Below, in pieces: positions 13,540 to 25,500 of a stretch of 64,000 nucleotides of DNA. The DNA comes from Macrostomum lignano. Its lineage: Eukaryota. Numbering within the stretch: position 1 is the stretch's first letter; each line of letters begins with the position of its first letter. A program made the position numbers and the translations under genes. The stretch covers positions 350,416 to 414,415 of the forward strand of contig NIVC01000225.1 in assembly GCA_002269645.1 (NCBI GenBank), written 5' to 3'. A model generated the notes under the pieces. That model was not told the origin of the DNA and did not search any database. It saw only the letters and a program-made list of their open reading frames with translations.

Positions 13540-15780
13540 TGGAAGGCGTGCGAAAAATTTGCTAGGAAGAGACTCGCACAGCTCGACCACGTGCTACTTC
13601 GCCAGCGAGAACGACGACGAGTGACTAACTGCGATACAGTGGCCCCATTGGCAGTGCGGTCAGACCATAGGCTGCTCTACTGCGACCTGCGCCTGAGGGA
13701 CCCGCTATATCGACCACCGAAAAAACAGCAAAAGCGCTACTTCCGCACCCTACGCGACCCAGTTACAAGTCGCCGCATCTGTCTGGCATTTGCCGAGGCG
13801 CTGGAAGAACGGCCAGATACAACAACCCTAGCCGAGTACCCGGACATCAGTGCTGCCATCCAAGCCGCTGCCATTAAAAAACTTCCGCTGGTGAAGCCAA
13901 CAGAAAGGAGTCGGCCAGTGTGGCAGAACGACGAAATGGTGCAGCAGGCCCGGCTGATAGTGGAGAGACTGCGGAGGAGCGGACATCCCGCGGAGAAGAA
14001 GAGGAGACTCTAGTGGAGACATTTAAAGCCCGGCAATGCGCCGCGGTAGAGACCGCTATTCGGAAGATCACGGAGGCCGGTCCTGACAAGAAGCCGCGTG
14101 CCGTCTGGTCGGTCGTCAATCAGCGTCAATCAAGAGACGCAACGCTCTGAACCTGGCGAAACGAGCTGCGGACCTTCTTCTCTGGCATCGTCAACGCGCC
14201 CCCTCCGCCGATATGTCATTGCCCTCGAAGGTTGAGCTGCCAGAGGAGAGCTCTTTTAACATCAGCCCCATCCCCATCGACGAGGTGCTCCAACTTGCAA
14301 AGAAGACGCCAGGCAACAAGTCTACTGGACCCGACGGCGTGCCTGTCGAGGTGCTGCGCCTCCCGCAGGTCGCGCTGGAAGTCACAAGAGTGATGAACTG
14401 CGTGCTAGCTAGGGCCCCGCCCCTGCTGAGTGGCGGACTGCGCATATCTTCGGGATCCTAAAGAAACCAGGTTCCGTCAAGATCGAAGAACATCGCGGGA
14501 TTTCACTAATGTCCTGTATGGCTGTGCTGTTTAACAGAGTTCTGCTGTCGTGGCTGCAGCCGATGCTGGACCCGTTCCTCCGGCGCGAGCAGAACGGATT
14601 CCGGCCAGGCAGAGGCACCGTGACTCAAATTCTCGCTCTGCGTCGAATTTTAGAAGAGGCCCGCATCCACCAGTCGACCATCATCTGCATCTTAGAATTT
14701 CTAAAGGCCTTTGACTCGGTGTCGAGGCGGGTCATCGCGAACATCCTGCGCGCGTCTCATGTACCTGAGCAGCTGGTGACGGCTCTGTACCAGGAGACTA
14801 GGGCGGCAGTTGTGACACCGGATGGCCTTTCCGACTTTTTCGACACGTCCTCCGGCGTTCTCCAAGGGGCACCTTGGCTCCATTCTGTTCGTCCTGGTCC
14901 TGGACTGGGTACTGCGCACTGGCCTCCCTGACGACTCCAAAGGATTCTTGCTCTGCCGCGGAACAAGCAGGCGACACCCCGAGAAGCGGCTCTCCGTCCT
15001 ACGCGGACGATCTAGCGCTGCTGTCTAGCACAGCTGAAGGAGCTCAACGCCTGCTAGACCAGCTGACGGCGGTGGCCGCTGCGATCGGACAGTCCGTGAA
15101 CATCAAAAAGACAATGGTGCTGACCGTGCCGACAGACCTCCCAGCTGCGATCTACTGCCGCTGCACGAATGGGCAGGTGGAGTTGCTGCCCCGCTGCAAA
15201 GAGTTCGTCTACCTCGGCGGTCTTGTGCCAAGCATCACGGACGACATGGCACGGCGCAGGGAGCTTGCCTGGGGCGCATTCCGCACCGTGCGGACTGTCC
15301 TGTAGTGCCCCGCGCTGCCGGATCGGCTGAGAGGGCGGCTGTTCCAGACCGTCATAGAAACCGTCCTCCTTTAATGCTGAAACGTGGACACTACTGACCG
15401 GCCCGCAGGAGCGGCAACTCAAAGCCGCTCACGCTGGATTCCTAAGAGCCGCCTTCGGTGTCCACTACTCGCCGACCGCCACACCAACACCAGCAATGAC
15501 GAGCTATACCGTCGGGCCCAGCTCTCCCGATCCAGCCAGCTGCTGTGCATCAGCACTGAGCCGCTTCAGGACGTGTTGCTGCTATCCCTTCAAGGGCCGC
15601 GGCGGCTTGGTCAGGCGAGAAGTCTGCATTTCGTCGACCTGCTACCAAGAGACGCTGAAATCTCTGACCTTCGCGGACTCGCTATGCTGTGCAAATATCT
15701 GCGCTTGCGCGCGCTTTTTGACAGCAGCCCAACTTAGCTTGCCCAGGGTTGCTGTAGTTTGTTGTTGTTTTTGTTTTTTG
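13540..15780 (+). mobile_element. RTE-clade non-LTR retrotransposon, decayed (endonuclease C-terminus + RT; frameshifts and stops)
   Basis: QLDHVLL...RSDHRLL (APE end); GKSTGPDGVP, REQNGFRPGRGT, KAFDSVSR, SGVLQG, YADDLALL RT motifs in shifting frames; simple-repeat 3' tail near 15750-15780. Confidence 0.9.
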
Positions 15781-15906
15781 GAAATTTTGTTCGTATGAAT
15801 CATAAATATAACATAAATATAACAAATATAATGTAAAAAATTAAAATTTGTTAGTTTAAAATGATTAATTTAATGTTGGCGCGACTGTTTCCTTTAAAAC
15901 TGGTAG

Positions 15907-16140
15907 ATAATGAGGTGGGGGCGGAGAAAAGTTTTCTTGGAAGTTGGTGGGTTTGTTGACACCAATGAGGTGGGTGGATTCTGTTTGAATTCCCACCGGC
16001 GTAGCGTTCGCACGAATAATCCGGAAAATCGCGCAGATGAATCACAACGAACTTCTTTCTCCTGTTTTACTCCGACTGCCGGGGTCCTCAAGTCCCGGGG
16101 GGAGGGCAGTCGTAATCGTAGCTGAGCGGTCGTTAACGGC
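15907..16140. repeat. Unclassified interspersed repeat, copy 1
   Basis: Shares ...GCGTTCGCACGAATAA..CCGGAAAATCGCGCAGATGAATCACAACG...GTCGTAATCGTAGC.GAGCGGTCGTT with 19825-20101. Confidence 0.8.
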
Positions 16141-16236
16141 ATGGAGCCTGGCTGTGTGGGTATATATTGAGGGTGGGTGTGTGTGATTCTAATATGCTAT
16201 TTAAACCAAAGAGATTACTCACTAGTAACCAGCATT

Positions 16237-17698
16237 ATGGATCTCTCTCGGGCCTATATTCGTGGTCTCCTGCTCTACAACTTCAAATCTGGACTGTCAG
16301 CCGCAGAATCCAGCCGCCGCATCAACGCTGCATTTGGTGCGGGTACCGTGTCTGAACGCACCGCCCAGGACTGGTTTGCGCGGTTTTGCCAGGGAAATTT
16401 TAACCTCGAAGATTTGCCCCGGTTAGGTTGTCCCTCCGAGGTTGATGACGACCGGCTGCGCACACTCGTAGAGGCTGACCCTCGGCAAACCACGCGTGAG
16501 TTAGCGCAAGTCCTTGATGTAGACCATAAAACGGTCACCAGTCATTTGCATCAGCTGGGCAAGGTGTACAAGCTGGCACAATGGGTACCCCAACTAATTG
16601 TCAAATTGGGACAAGGAGTGCAGGGCAGAGGTGGCCACTTCTCTCCTCTCCTACAGGCGCACGCACAACTGGCTGAAGTCCATCGTTACGGGCGATGAAA
16701 AGTGGTGCCTGTATGTCAACATCAAACGTCGACAATTATGGGTTGATGCTAACGCGACGCCTGAGCTGCAGCCAAAGGCCGGACTTCACCCACGCAAGGT
16801 CATGCTGTGCGTGTGGTGGGACTGCAAGGGCGTCATCTACTACGAACTGCTGCCACCCAACACATCGATTACAGCCGACCTATACTGCCAACAGCTGAAC
16901 TGATTGGCTGCCGCCATCGCACAGAAGCATCCGAACCATGGCCCGGTACGATTCCTCCATGATAACGCTCGTCCACACACTGCTAAGGTCTAAAGCTACT
17001 GGACGGGGGCCGTAGCCCAGCGGTAGCGCAGCTGCTCTGGTGTGCCGCGACCCAGGCTCGATTCCAAGTGCAGCCACATTAATTTGGGGCTGGATTGGAA
17101 TCTCGGCTTGGCTCGCTTGTGCAATTAACGGCCTTGAGAGCCAACCCCCCCAAGGCGCAGTGAAGTGTACATGCCTAACAATTGATAAAGTTAGGGCCGC
17201 TGTACACTCCTGTGTGAGTGTGTGCCTGCGTAACGTATCCGCGCGCTTGTATGCCTGCTCAGGGGAGTCGGCGGAATGGGCAGTAATGCCTCTCGCCGGT
17301 TGTGTGCCAATGACGCTTAATTTGCGCCAGGGTGCACACAACCCCCCTGCCTCTAAAAAAAAAAAAAAGCTACTGGACCTTGGCTGGGAATTGGTGCCCC
17401 ATCCACCGTATTCACCAGACTTGGCACCAAGCGACTATCACCTGTTTTTGTCTCTGGCCAACGCCTTGAACAACAAAACCTTCGCTGATGATGAAGAGCT
17501 TGATATCTGGCTGAACAACTTTTTCACTTCAAAGCCAGAGAAATTTTACAGTGATGGTATTATGAGTCTGCCCGAAAAATGGCAGAAGGTGATCGATTGT
17601 GATGGTGATTATTTTGTTTCTTAATTGGCTTTTTGTTTAAAAAAATCAGTTTGACAGAAAGTTCTAGAAACCGCGGGAACTTTCTCCCCAACCAAATA
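16237..17698 (+). mobile_element. Mariner (DD34D) transposon, inactive; 3' TIR-like end present, matching 5' TIR not found
   Basis: MDLSRAYIR HTH region, WVP, VTGDEKW, LHDNARPHTA, HPPYSPDLAPSDYHLF. Frameshift near 16590, in-frame TGA at 16901-16903, ~7-nt deletion and SINE insertion at 17005. Confidence 0.93.
17005..17365 (+). mobile_element. Full-length tRNA-derived SINE inserted in the mariner
   Basis: A box TAGCCCAGCGG (17013-23), B box GGCTCGATTCC (17055-65), poly-A tail, 13-bp TSD AAAGCTACTGGAC at 16992-17004 and 17366-17378. Confidence 0.96.
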
Positions 17699-18182
17699 TT
17701 TGTGTGTTATGCGACCATACACGCGACTACATAACATGGGTATTTCTCCTATCAAAACGTGTCGAGGACTGCTATAAAGTCCCCTATTTATGGAGTCGTG
17801 AAAATTGGTGGACTGCGTGCGCCTAATTCCCACCCCTCCACCCCGCTGTGCACAGTCAACCGAAGCCCCCGCAGCGAATCTTGATATCCGGTAATGCTCT
17901 TGATCGGAGTGTATAATTACGCACGATTCACGCGCGCTCATCGATCGATCATGCCGTACATGTATAAGGTATTTCACTCCCTGTCATGCTTAACACAATG
18001 TACAATGCACTGTAAGAAGGCACAAGCAGACACGAGCAGACAGACGCAAAGGCACAGGCAGACGTGCAAACCGATCGGCGATGTTGGGTGCAGTACCACA
18101 GCGGCGTGCTCTTGATTCGTGCATTCCTGCTCATGTAGCTGCACAAGCCTTGGCCATGTGCCTAAGCCTAGTGCTTTTACGT

Positions 18183-18747
18183 GTAGGGTCAGCAAACTTT
18201 TTACCCCAAGGGCCAGATTGAGAACCTAGCGCAATGACTGCCCTTCTGGGTCCGCTTTGCTGGGCCCCTAAGCAAAGTGCACCCAGGAGTCCCTGATGAT
18301 TGCAAGCCAAAGGAGGGAGAGAGGATAGGGAATAGAGAAGAGAAATACGAGCTGGCGTACTCGTAGAAGAAAGGAGATGCGAAGGAATAAGGATAAGAGA
18401 GTATACGATCGAGAGGAGAGATGAAATAGGAGAGGATCGATCGAGAGGAGAGGAGAGACGAAATAGAGAAAAGAGGAGAGGAGAGGATTGAGAGAGGAGG
18501 GAAGGGAGAAGAGAATGGAGAAGAAAAGGAAGAGGAGAGGAGCTGAGAGGTGAGAGATGAGAGGAAAGGAGAGAGGAGAGGAGAGGACAGGTGAGAGAGA
18601 AGAGAGAGGTGAGAGAAGAGAGCTGAAAAGAGACACAAAACTTGAGCGGTCCGTATTTCTATTGTGAATATTCAAAGGATCTGAGGGCCGGATAGAGAGA
18701 CTTTGCGGGCCGCATGTGGCCCGCGAACTGGAGTTTGACGACCCCTG
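18183..18747. mobile_element. Old hAT-type MITE with an internal GA-rich tract (~18310-18640)
   Basis: Ends GTAGGGTCAGCAAAC... and ...GTTTGACGACCCCTG (CAGGGGT-type TIR); subterminal GGGCCG/GGCCCG motifs; 8-bp flanks match 5/8. Confidence 0.6.
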
Positions 18748-19329
18748 TTTTGGCTATTCAGCCCTTCTCCTTTGGCGCCTCTGATCGAAATTTCGAGTCT
18801 GCCGCAATCCCAAGACTTAATTAAACCGCTGCGGGCGCTGCAACCAAAATCACTAAAATGCCGTCAGCTAAAAGAATAGACAGCGCCAAGAGATCCAGAA
18901 AATTACTGGTCTTGCCCTTGCAATTTTCATTCATTTGAGATCTATTACAATATACTAAATAAATTAGTCAAGGACCACTGAAGTCACTTAAGCGCAGTCC
19001 TTGAAATGAGTGCAGTACAGTTGCGCAATGTTTGAATTAGTTGAAAAATTTGAGCATTTTTCAGCTAGACTTTCGGCTACTCCAACACAGAATTGAATAT
19101 TGGCCTGGTTATGCCATAATGCCACAAACTAACAGCAGGAGTTTGGGTGCCCTAGCTTAGATTAGAAAAAATTATGTGCAATGTGCCCTCCCATCATTAG
19201 CCCGCCCCCACTCTGAAATATGTTCCGACACTACTGGCTTGAGCTACAGTACATTTACATGGTAGTCTGGGGAGTCCTGCAGTCCGAGGCCAGCTTAATG
19301 TACAGCTGACCACTAGAGGGCAGCGTTGT

Positions 19330-19520
19330 TCCAGGCGAGGCGGTGATCGAGACCGTCCTGCTGTATACTGTCAAGACCTGGACGCTGTTGAAGTCGCTCG
19401 AGCAACAAGTTGACGTGGCGCACACTGGCCTGCTGCGCGCCGCCTTCAAGATCGCCTACGCGAGTGACCAACACGGCTTTTGTATCACCTCGCCGACCTG
19501 TTCCGTCCAAGCGACCTGCT
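19330..19520 (+). mobile_element. RTE LINE 3' fragment related to the 13540-15780 element
   Basis: IETVLLYTVKTWTLL...VAHTGLLRAAF, homologous to 15350-15440. Confidence 0.8.
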
Positions 19521-19824
19521 GCGCAGTCATACATGACCACATTCATGTATGTAATGGCTTGATTGGGAATGCTTTCTATATGTATGTTTTGCGAATAGAG
19601 GACCCGGCCACTTCAAGCGTTATCTTTGGTCCGGGTTCTCCTCAACTACATGTACTACTTCTTAATTAACTTCTGCATTCAAAATTTAACATATACAAAT
19701 GTGCACACGGGATGTCAACCCCGTCGTGCTGCACACGTTTCAAACACATGAGCGCATTATATTTTGTTAGTACATGTACAAGCGTATAACAGAGACGCAT
19801 CGATCGAAAGCCGGCAGATGTTGC

Positions 19825-20101
19825 ATATGAGGTGGGGCGGAGAAGAATTTTTTTGGTAGTTCTCGGTTTTGAAAATTTGCTGACACCAGTAGTGAGGTGG
19901 GGGTGGAGAAGATTTAAACTCTTGGGTTGAAGGTCGGCCGAAATTCTTCGAAACCGGTGGCGTTGCGTTCGCACGAATAAAACCGGAAAATCGCGCAGAT
20001 GAATCACAACGGAATTTCTTCTCCTTTTTCTCCGACTGCCGGGTTCTCAAGTCCGGGGGGGGAGGGTAGTCGTAATCGTAGCAGAGCGGTCGTTTAGCGG
20101 C
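19825..20101. repeat. Unclassified interspersed repeat, copy 2
   Basis: Homologous to 15907-16140. Confidence 0.8.
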
Positions 20102-21943
20102 TCGGGTCGTTCAAAGCGATGAAACACCGGAGATTTCTGGCTCCGTAAATTAATGCGCCGATGTGTTGAACTGGTTACTTTCAGTAGGGTAGTTGCTGCC
20201 ACCACCGTAATTTACGTATTACGGAACGGATAAGTCTCAGAGCTTTCTTTGAGATGAGAACTTGGTTATTTTACGCCCCACGGGCAAATGACTCAATAAA
20301 TGCTATGGCTTATGTCAACAGATTAAATATGATTCGGAATAAAGGTTTATAGGCTTGGTTTATTAATAATAATGCAGGCTTATGATTAGTAACTTTAATA
20401 TTTCAGACGACGGAGATGTTCACGGGCGCCGGTGCGCTAAATAACTTAGAAAATAACGAAAATTAGACTTAGTGAACCAAAAGGTAGATCAAGGAAACAG
20501 GGGGGGGGGGTCGAAGGCCAAAAGAGTTAGAAAACAACTCATCGTGCGCAGATTATAAATAAAGAGCGAATTACATGCACATCGTTTGGAAGATAAACTG
20601 GACAGGCCGATGGAGCAAAGTTTCAATGCGTGGAAACTTTGGGTGGACGGCTTGCCGCAAAGGAAAAAGAAGAAAACTTTAACAAAAATCCATCGCAAGG
20701 GAGCGCGTTTTAGCAACAAGTGGAAAACTAAAAACAGTGGCTGGACAGCCACTTGACGGAAAATGATGCGCCAAAATTCACTGGATGGATACGAAAAGTC
20801 AAAATTAATGTTTCTTGTGCATGCAACTTAGCGTAATTGTTTCATTAAGTTTTCATCAGTGGCACTCGACTGCCACACGCCCACACATAGGGTATGAATA
20901 TTAATTAGCCTGTCGACTTAGTCATTTCAGGGTTCAGTTTTACTGTTTTGCGGCTGCGGGGGGTAGTTTATTGGCAGTTGAGCAAAAATTAATTTTTTGT
21001 AGACTGTTTAATAAGTATATGCTAGTAGTTTAGTATTCATAAATGTTTGGTTTTAAGCTTGCAAAAAACAACTTTACCTTATTTACCCATCTTAGACTAA
21101 AAACATATAGATTCAGAACATACATGCACAACCCCCCTCCTGATTTACAATGGCCATGCAACTTACTTTTTGACCAAAAATGTGATACCTATAAATAGAG
21201 ACTCCGGCGAGCTCCGAGTAGCGTGGTTGAAACTAGAAAAAACGTACATTTAGCACCTACTTCAAACAGAAAACTAAGATAGAAAAAATATGACTGTGTA
21301 AAAACTGAAATACACAATAAAAAGCACAATAAATGTACTTCAAAATGAGTGCTCAAACAGCTTCTAAAGTCGATCAGAGACAAAGTTATGGACAGTTAAA
21401 GTTTCATCATTTTTGCATTCCCATGCAAAATGAAGCCTATTTTACGGTAAAAATCGTGACTTTGGAAAGTCTAATTTTTAATAACGAAATGACCGTTTTA
21501 AACAAAAATAATCAATATAAAAGCAATCTAGGCATAATTAAGTATCATTTTATGTAAATTTCAGAAGAAAAAAATATTCCCTGTTGCCTACAGGGGTAGT
21601 CCAAATTTTTTTCTTCGATTTCTTTGTATCATCCGATTGCTGCACGGAATTCAAATGTAAATTTCTTTATTCTTTGTTGCAAGTGGAAGGACATGCAGAA
21701 AACCGTTTGGGATTACCTAGTCGCGCATTGCTACTAAGTTGATTCAAAGATCATAGTAAAATCAAAGTAAATGTCTATTTAAAATATATTTTTTATTTTT
21801 TTTGAGAAAAAAAGAGACGCACAAATACAGTTGATATTGACTTTCATACATAATTGCATGACAAGTGTGAGGAATGAAAGTTCCTTCTGACAACTGACCG
21901 CGCACTTAGAAATATGAGCATCAATATGTTTCAGCGAGATTCA

Positions 21944-22006
21944 GGTAAACGGCAGGAGTAACTATGACTTTCAGTGCAAATGCAATTGCATCGTCACCTT
22001 ATTAGT
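21944..22006 (+). rRNA. Short degenerate 28S rRNA fragment (helix 69 / R2 and I-PpoI target region); not a functional rDNA
   Basis: GGTAAACGGCAGGAGTAACTATGACTTTC...TGCATCGTCACCTTATTAGT versus conserved 28S GGTAAACGGCGGGAGTAACTATGACTCTC...TGCCTCGTCATCTAATTAGT. Confidence 0.8.
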
Positions 22007-22599
22007 AGGAAAAATGAACATTTTTAAACTGTATTTTGTAAGTTAATTGCACTATGAAGTCAATACACACTGTCTTGAAATTCATTTCCATGATAACCAT
22101 TACAACTGCTGTCTTCAAGATGTGTACTCTTCTATTCTATGTACACATTGTACATGGGGGTCATATGAGAGGCTTCCGTTGGAAAGCTGCTGGATATCAG
22201 ACCCCAGCATAGTGATCCCAACAAGCGACCCCTGGCATTCGTCTGGTCAACGATGCAAACTCTCAAAAATGTATGGTATGTATGGTACAGAGTACCGTGG
22301 AACTGTTGCAATAGGTTTATGCCTGTGCAATAAAAGCAGGTAGGTGATTTTTTATATGGCATTGAAAAGCAGCCATTTTGTTTGAATGTCTTCTGACTTA
22401 TGCAGCTACTGAGTTAGCTAGATTCTTCATTGTAATAATGAGTGATTATTTTGGGTGCAAACTCTGAAGACTTAACATGCAAATACTAGCCTAGGTGCTA
22501 ATCTGTGTGGGAGATAGTACATAATATGAATCTCAGGCAACTACGTTTTGTGAACAGACCAAGCTGTGCTTGAAAAACTTTGTTAAACAATGAATACAC

Positions 22600-25500
22600 T
22601 TAGTCATCATCATCATCATAATCGTCATCGTCATCAGAGAGAACATTCAATTCGCCAGCCAGGTAGTCCTTGTTGAGGTCATAGGTGTACTCCCCTTCAA
22701 AATCATCGAACACAACCTTGAACTCCTGGCTGAGAATGTCCCTGCTCTGGCAGGTTGATGGCAGTCGCTGGAGGACGTGGCCTGGTATCCAGTCCTCCCC
22801 ATCTGTGAAGCAGAACTTCATCTCGATTCTTCTGCTCACCAGATCGGGGAGGTTGGCCAGCGTCCGCTGATTGGTGGTCTCGTCAATGGCGTCGCCCTCA
22901 TCCTCGTGTCTTCTTCCTCGTCCTCGTCCTCGTCCTCCTCCTTGACCTCGTCCTCCTCCTTGACCTCGACCTCGTCCTTGACCTCGACCTCGTCCTTGAC
23001 CTCGACCTCGTCCGCGTCCGCGACCGCCGCCTCGTCCACCAAGGCCAGGCCCAGCTTGAGCAGCCACAGCTCCTGCATCTTGAATCCGTTGACGACGCTG
23101 CAGCCTGTCAGCAATGGCAGTGCGGACTCGCTCCTTGCGCTCGCGAGCATCCAGGAGGCCGGACGGAGGCACGGTGGGCGCATCGGCACCCTTTTGCTGG
23201 TCCTGTAGTTCCACTATCTGCAGAACTTCACGCAGTTGGCTTCGCAGTTGAGGCACACTGCGCTTGACACCAGCCGCGGAGAAGTTGAGCAGGCTGGCCT
23301 TGTCCTTGGGCAGGTGGATCTCTACAAAATATTACATGAAACATAATTTTCATGCTAAGCAGTGAGCAAACAGACACATTTTTCTGCCCACACGTACTGG
23401 TCGCTTTGTGCAGTTGCAGCTGTGCTTTGATGGCCTTCTCGTGCTGGTCAGGGGCTAGTTGGTGCAGCACAGCGTCCATCCTGGAGATGGTTGGCCAGAG
23501 TCCGCCGTAGGCCTCGATGACACGGAGAATGGATCGGATGCTCTCGGCGTTCGAGTCCTTCTTGCGCTGCTTTTCAGCTAGCTTGGCGCGGAGAATCTCC
23601 TGGCGGCAGCTGCGCAAGGCGTCGGCGCTCTCCTTCCCTCGCTTTTCGAGCTGAGGGACCAGCTTCCGTGCCCTGGTAAGAAGGAGGTCCTTCTCGCGCT
23701 CCGTCTTGTCGGCCAGCCACTCGGACGTGCAGTTATAGCCGAAGAGCACAAGCGACTCGCGCGCAAGAGGGCGCATGTTGGGCCTGTCTGCGACGCACTT
23801 ATCCAGCATCCCGAAGCCTCGCTCGACTGCTACGTTGTCCTTAGGCGCAGATGAGACAAGCTGGGCAACTTCTGGCGTGAGCTGCCGCAGAGTGCCCCCA
23901 GGCAGGTGGTCACGCACCTCTCTCTCTAGCAACACAAGCATGTGTGTCGCCATGATCTGAAGTGGTGTTTTAAAGTATAAAAGCTACAATCTATACATTC
24001 GTTAATGTTCATTGATACTGTACTGTACTTTGTGACTAATCAGCGCATTCATAATTCAAAACCCATATTTACCTGCAGAGCCTGGCCGACAATCTCGTTC
24101 TCCAAGGCTGTCAGCTCAGACGTCAGCGCCGCCCAGATGTCCTGCAGCTGGATGTCCCGGAGAACCGTCTGGGCCAGTTCGGGAAATGGGCCAATCATGC
24201 TGCTGGCCACAGTAACGCCCTCGGACGATGACAGCTGGCGCAGCCAATTGCAAGCGCGCTCATAGCGTTCGTTCATGTCCGTGAGGGTCACGTCTCGGCA
24301 GCGCAGGAGCACCCACAGTGGCCGGATTAGCAGAACGTCAGCAATTCCGAGTGCACGGCAGCCACTCAGCAGCAAATCAGATGCCAAGTCAGCCTGCACT
24401 GCGATCAGCAGGCGGTTGCTGCAGGTGTACTCAGCCAGGAACTCGGACAGGCGGTCTCGCTGCCAGAAAATGTTTCCCCCGTTGGGAAATGTGATGTAGG
24501 CGCGGTTGCCACGGAAGTCGTCCAAACGAAGGGACGGTGCGCCCTTCGACTCCAGATACGTTTGAAGCGGAATCGCAACGCCACACTGTTCACTGCCCAG
24601 GGCATGGAACGCCTTGCAGACGGTGCGGATTAGACGCTGCGTGCCAGATTCAGCTTGGGACGGGCGGAAGCCAGGGAGGGCAGCAGATCCGACGGCCTCT
24701 GCAGCCATGCAAGTCTCCCACTCGCGCAGCGCAGCTTCTGCGGCAGCAGCAAGATTTACAATCACATGCATGCCGCAGAACAGTGCAGTCACAGGTGGAG
24801 GTGGGTTCACGCCTTGCTGGGTTGCCAGCTCCTGCCGCATCTCGTTGAGCAGTACGTTGAGGCACTTGTTGACCACGTGTCGGTCAGTCATTAGGAAGTT
24901 GACGCGTGCCAGTAGATTACACTTCAGGCGGCGTCTCTCTTCGTCGCTCGAGTGGGCAAGAACTACCGAGCAAAACAGATCGACCAGCTCTTCCACCGAG
25001 TAGTCCAGTTCGCGGGCGTAGATGTTCGCGGTGCCACCCTCGACCTCGCGAAGAGAAACAGCCATCGGGCGGCTGTCCCCAGTGTCAACCTATGAATGGT
25101 GCATATGTAATACAAAGCATATTGTGAATATAAAAGTTCATTCTTATTAACTAAAAGTTCTCTTTTTGTGAATATTAATAATAATAATTAATTATTAAAT
25201 TCATTTCCTTCCTTTAAGTCCAATTATTTGTCAATATGCACGAAAATGCATTACTCAAGTTTACCTGGTAGGCGGCATAGTGTCGGCCCTTCTTGCTGGT
25301 AGCATCATGCAAGATCGTTATTGGTCGGTCCTCCTTTGCCCCCTGATGCAGCAGCTTCTCCATCGCGCTCGCCTTAGCTAGGCAGCTGCCAAGGCTGTAG
25401 CTCAAAGCACTGACCTGCGAACGCGACGGAAGCGCCAAGTTGCCGGCGTCGATGCCAACGAGGTCCGTGAGGACGCGTCGAATCGCTGGCTTGACGTGCT

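Noticed and set aside
16140-16236. 5' TIR of the mariner
   Set aside because: No inverted match to the 3' end GAAACCGCGGGAACTTTCTCCCCAACCAAATA was found.
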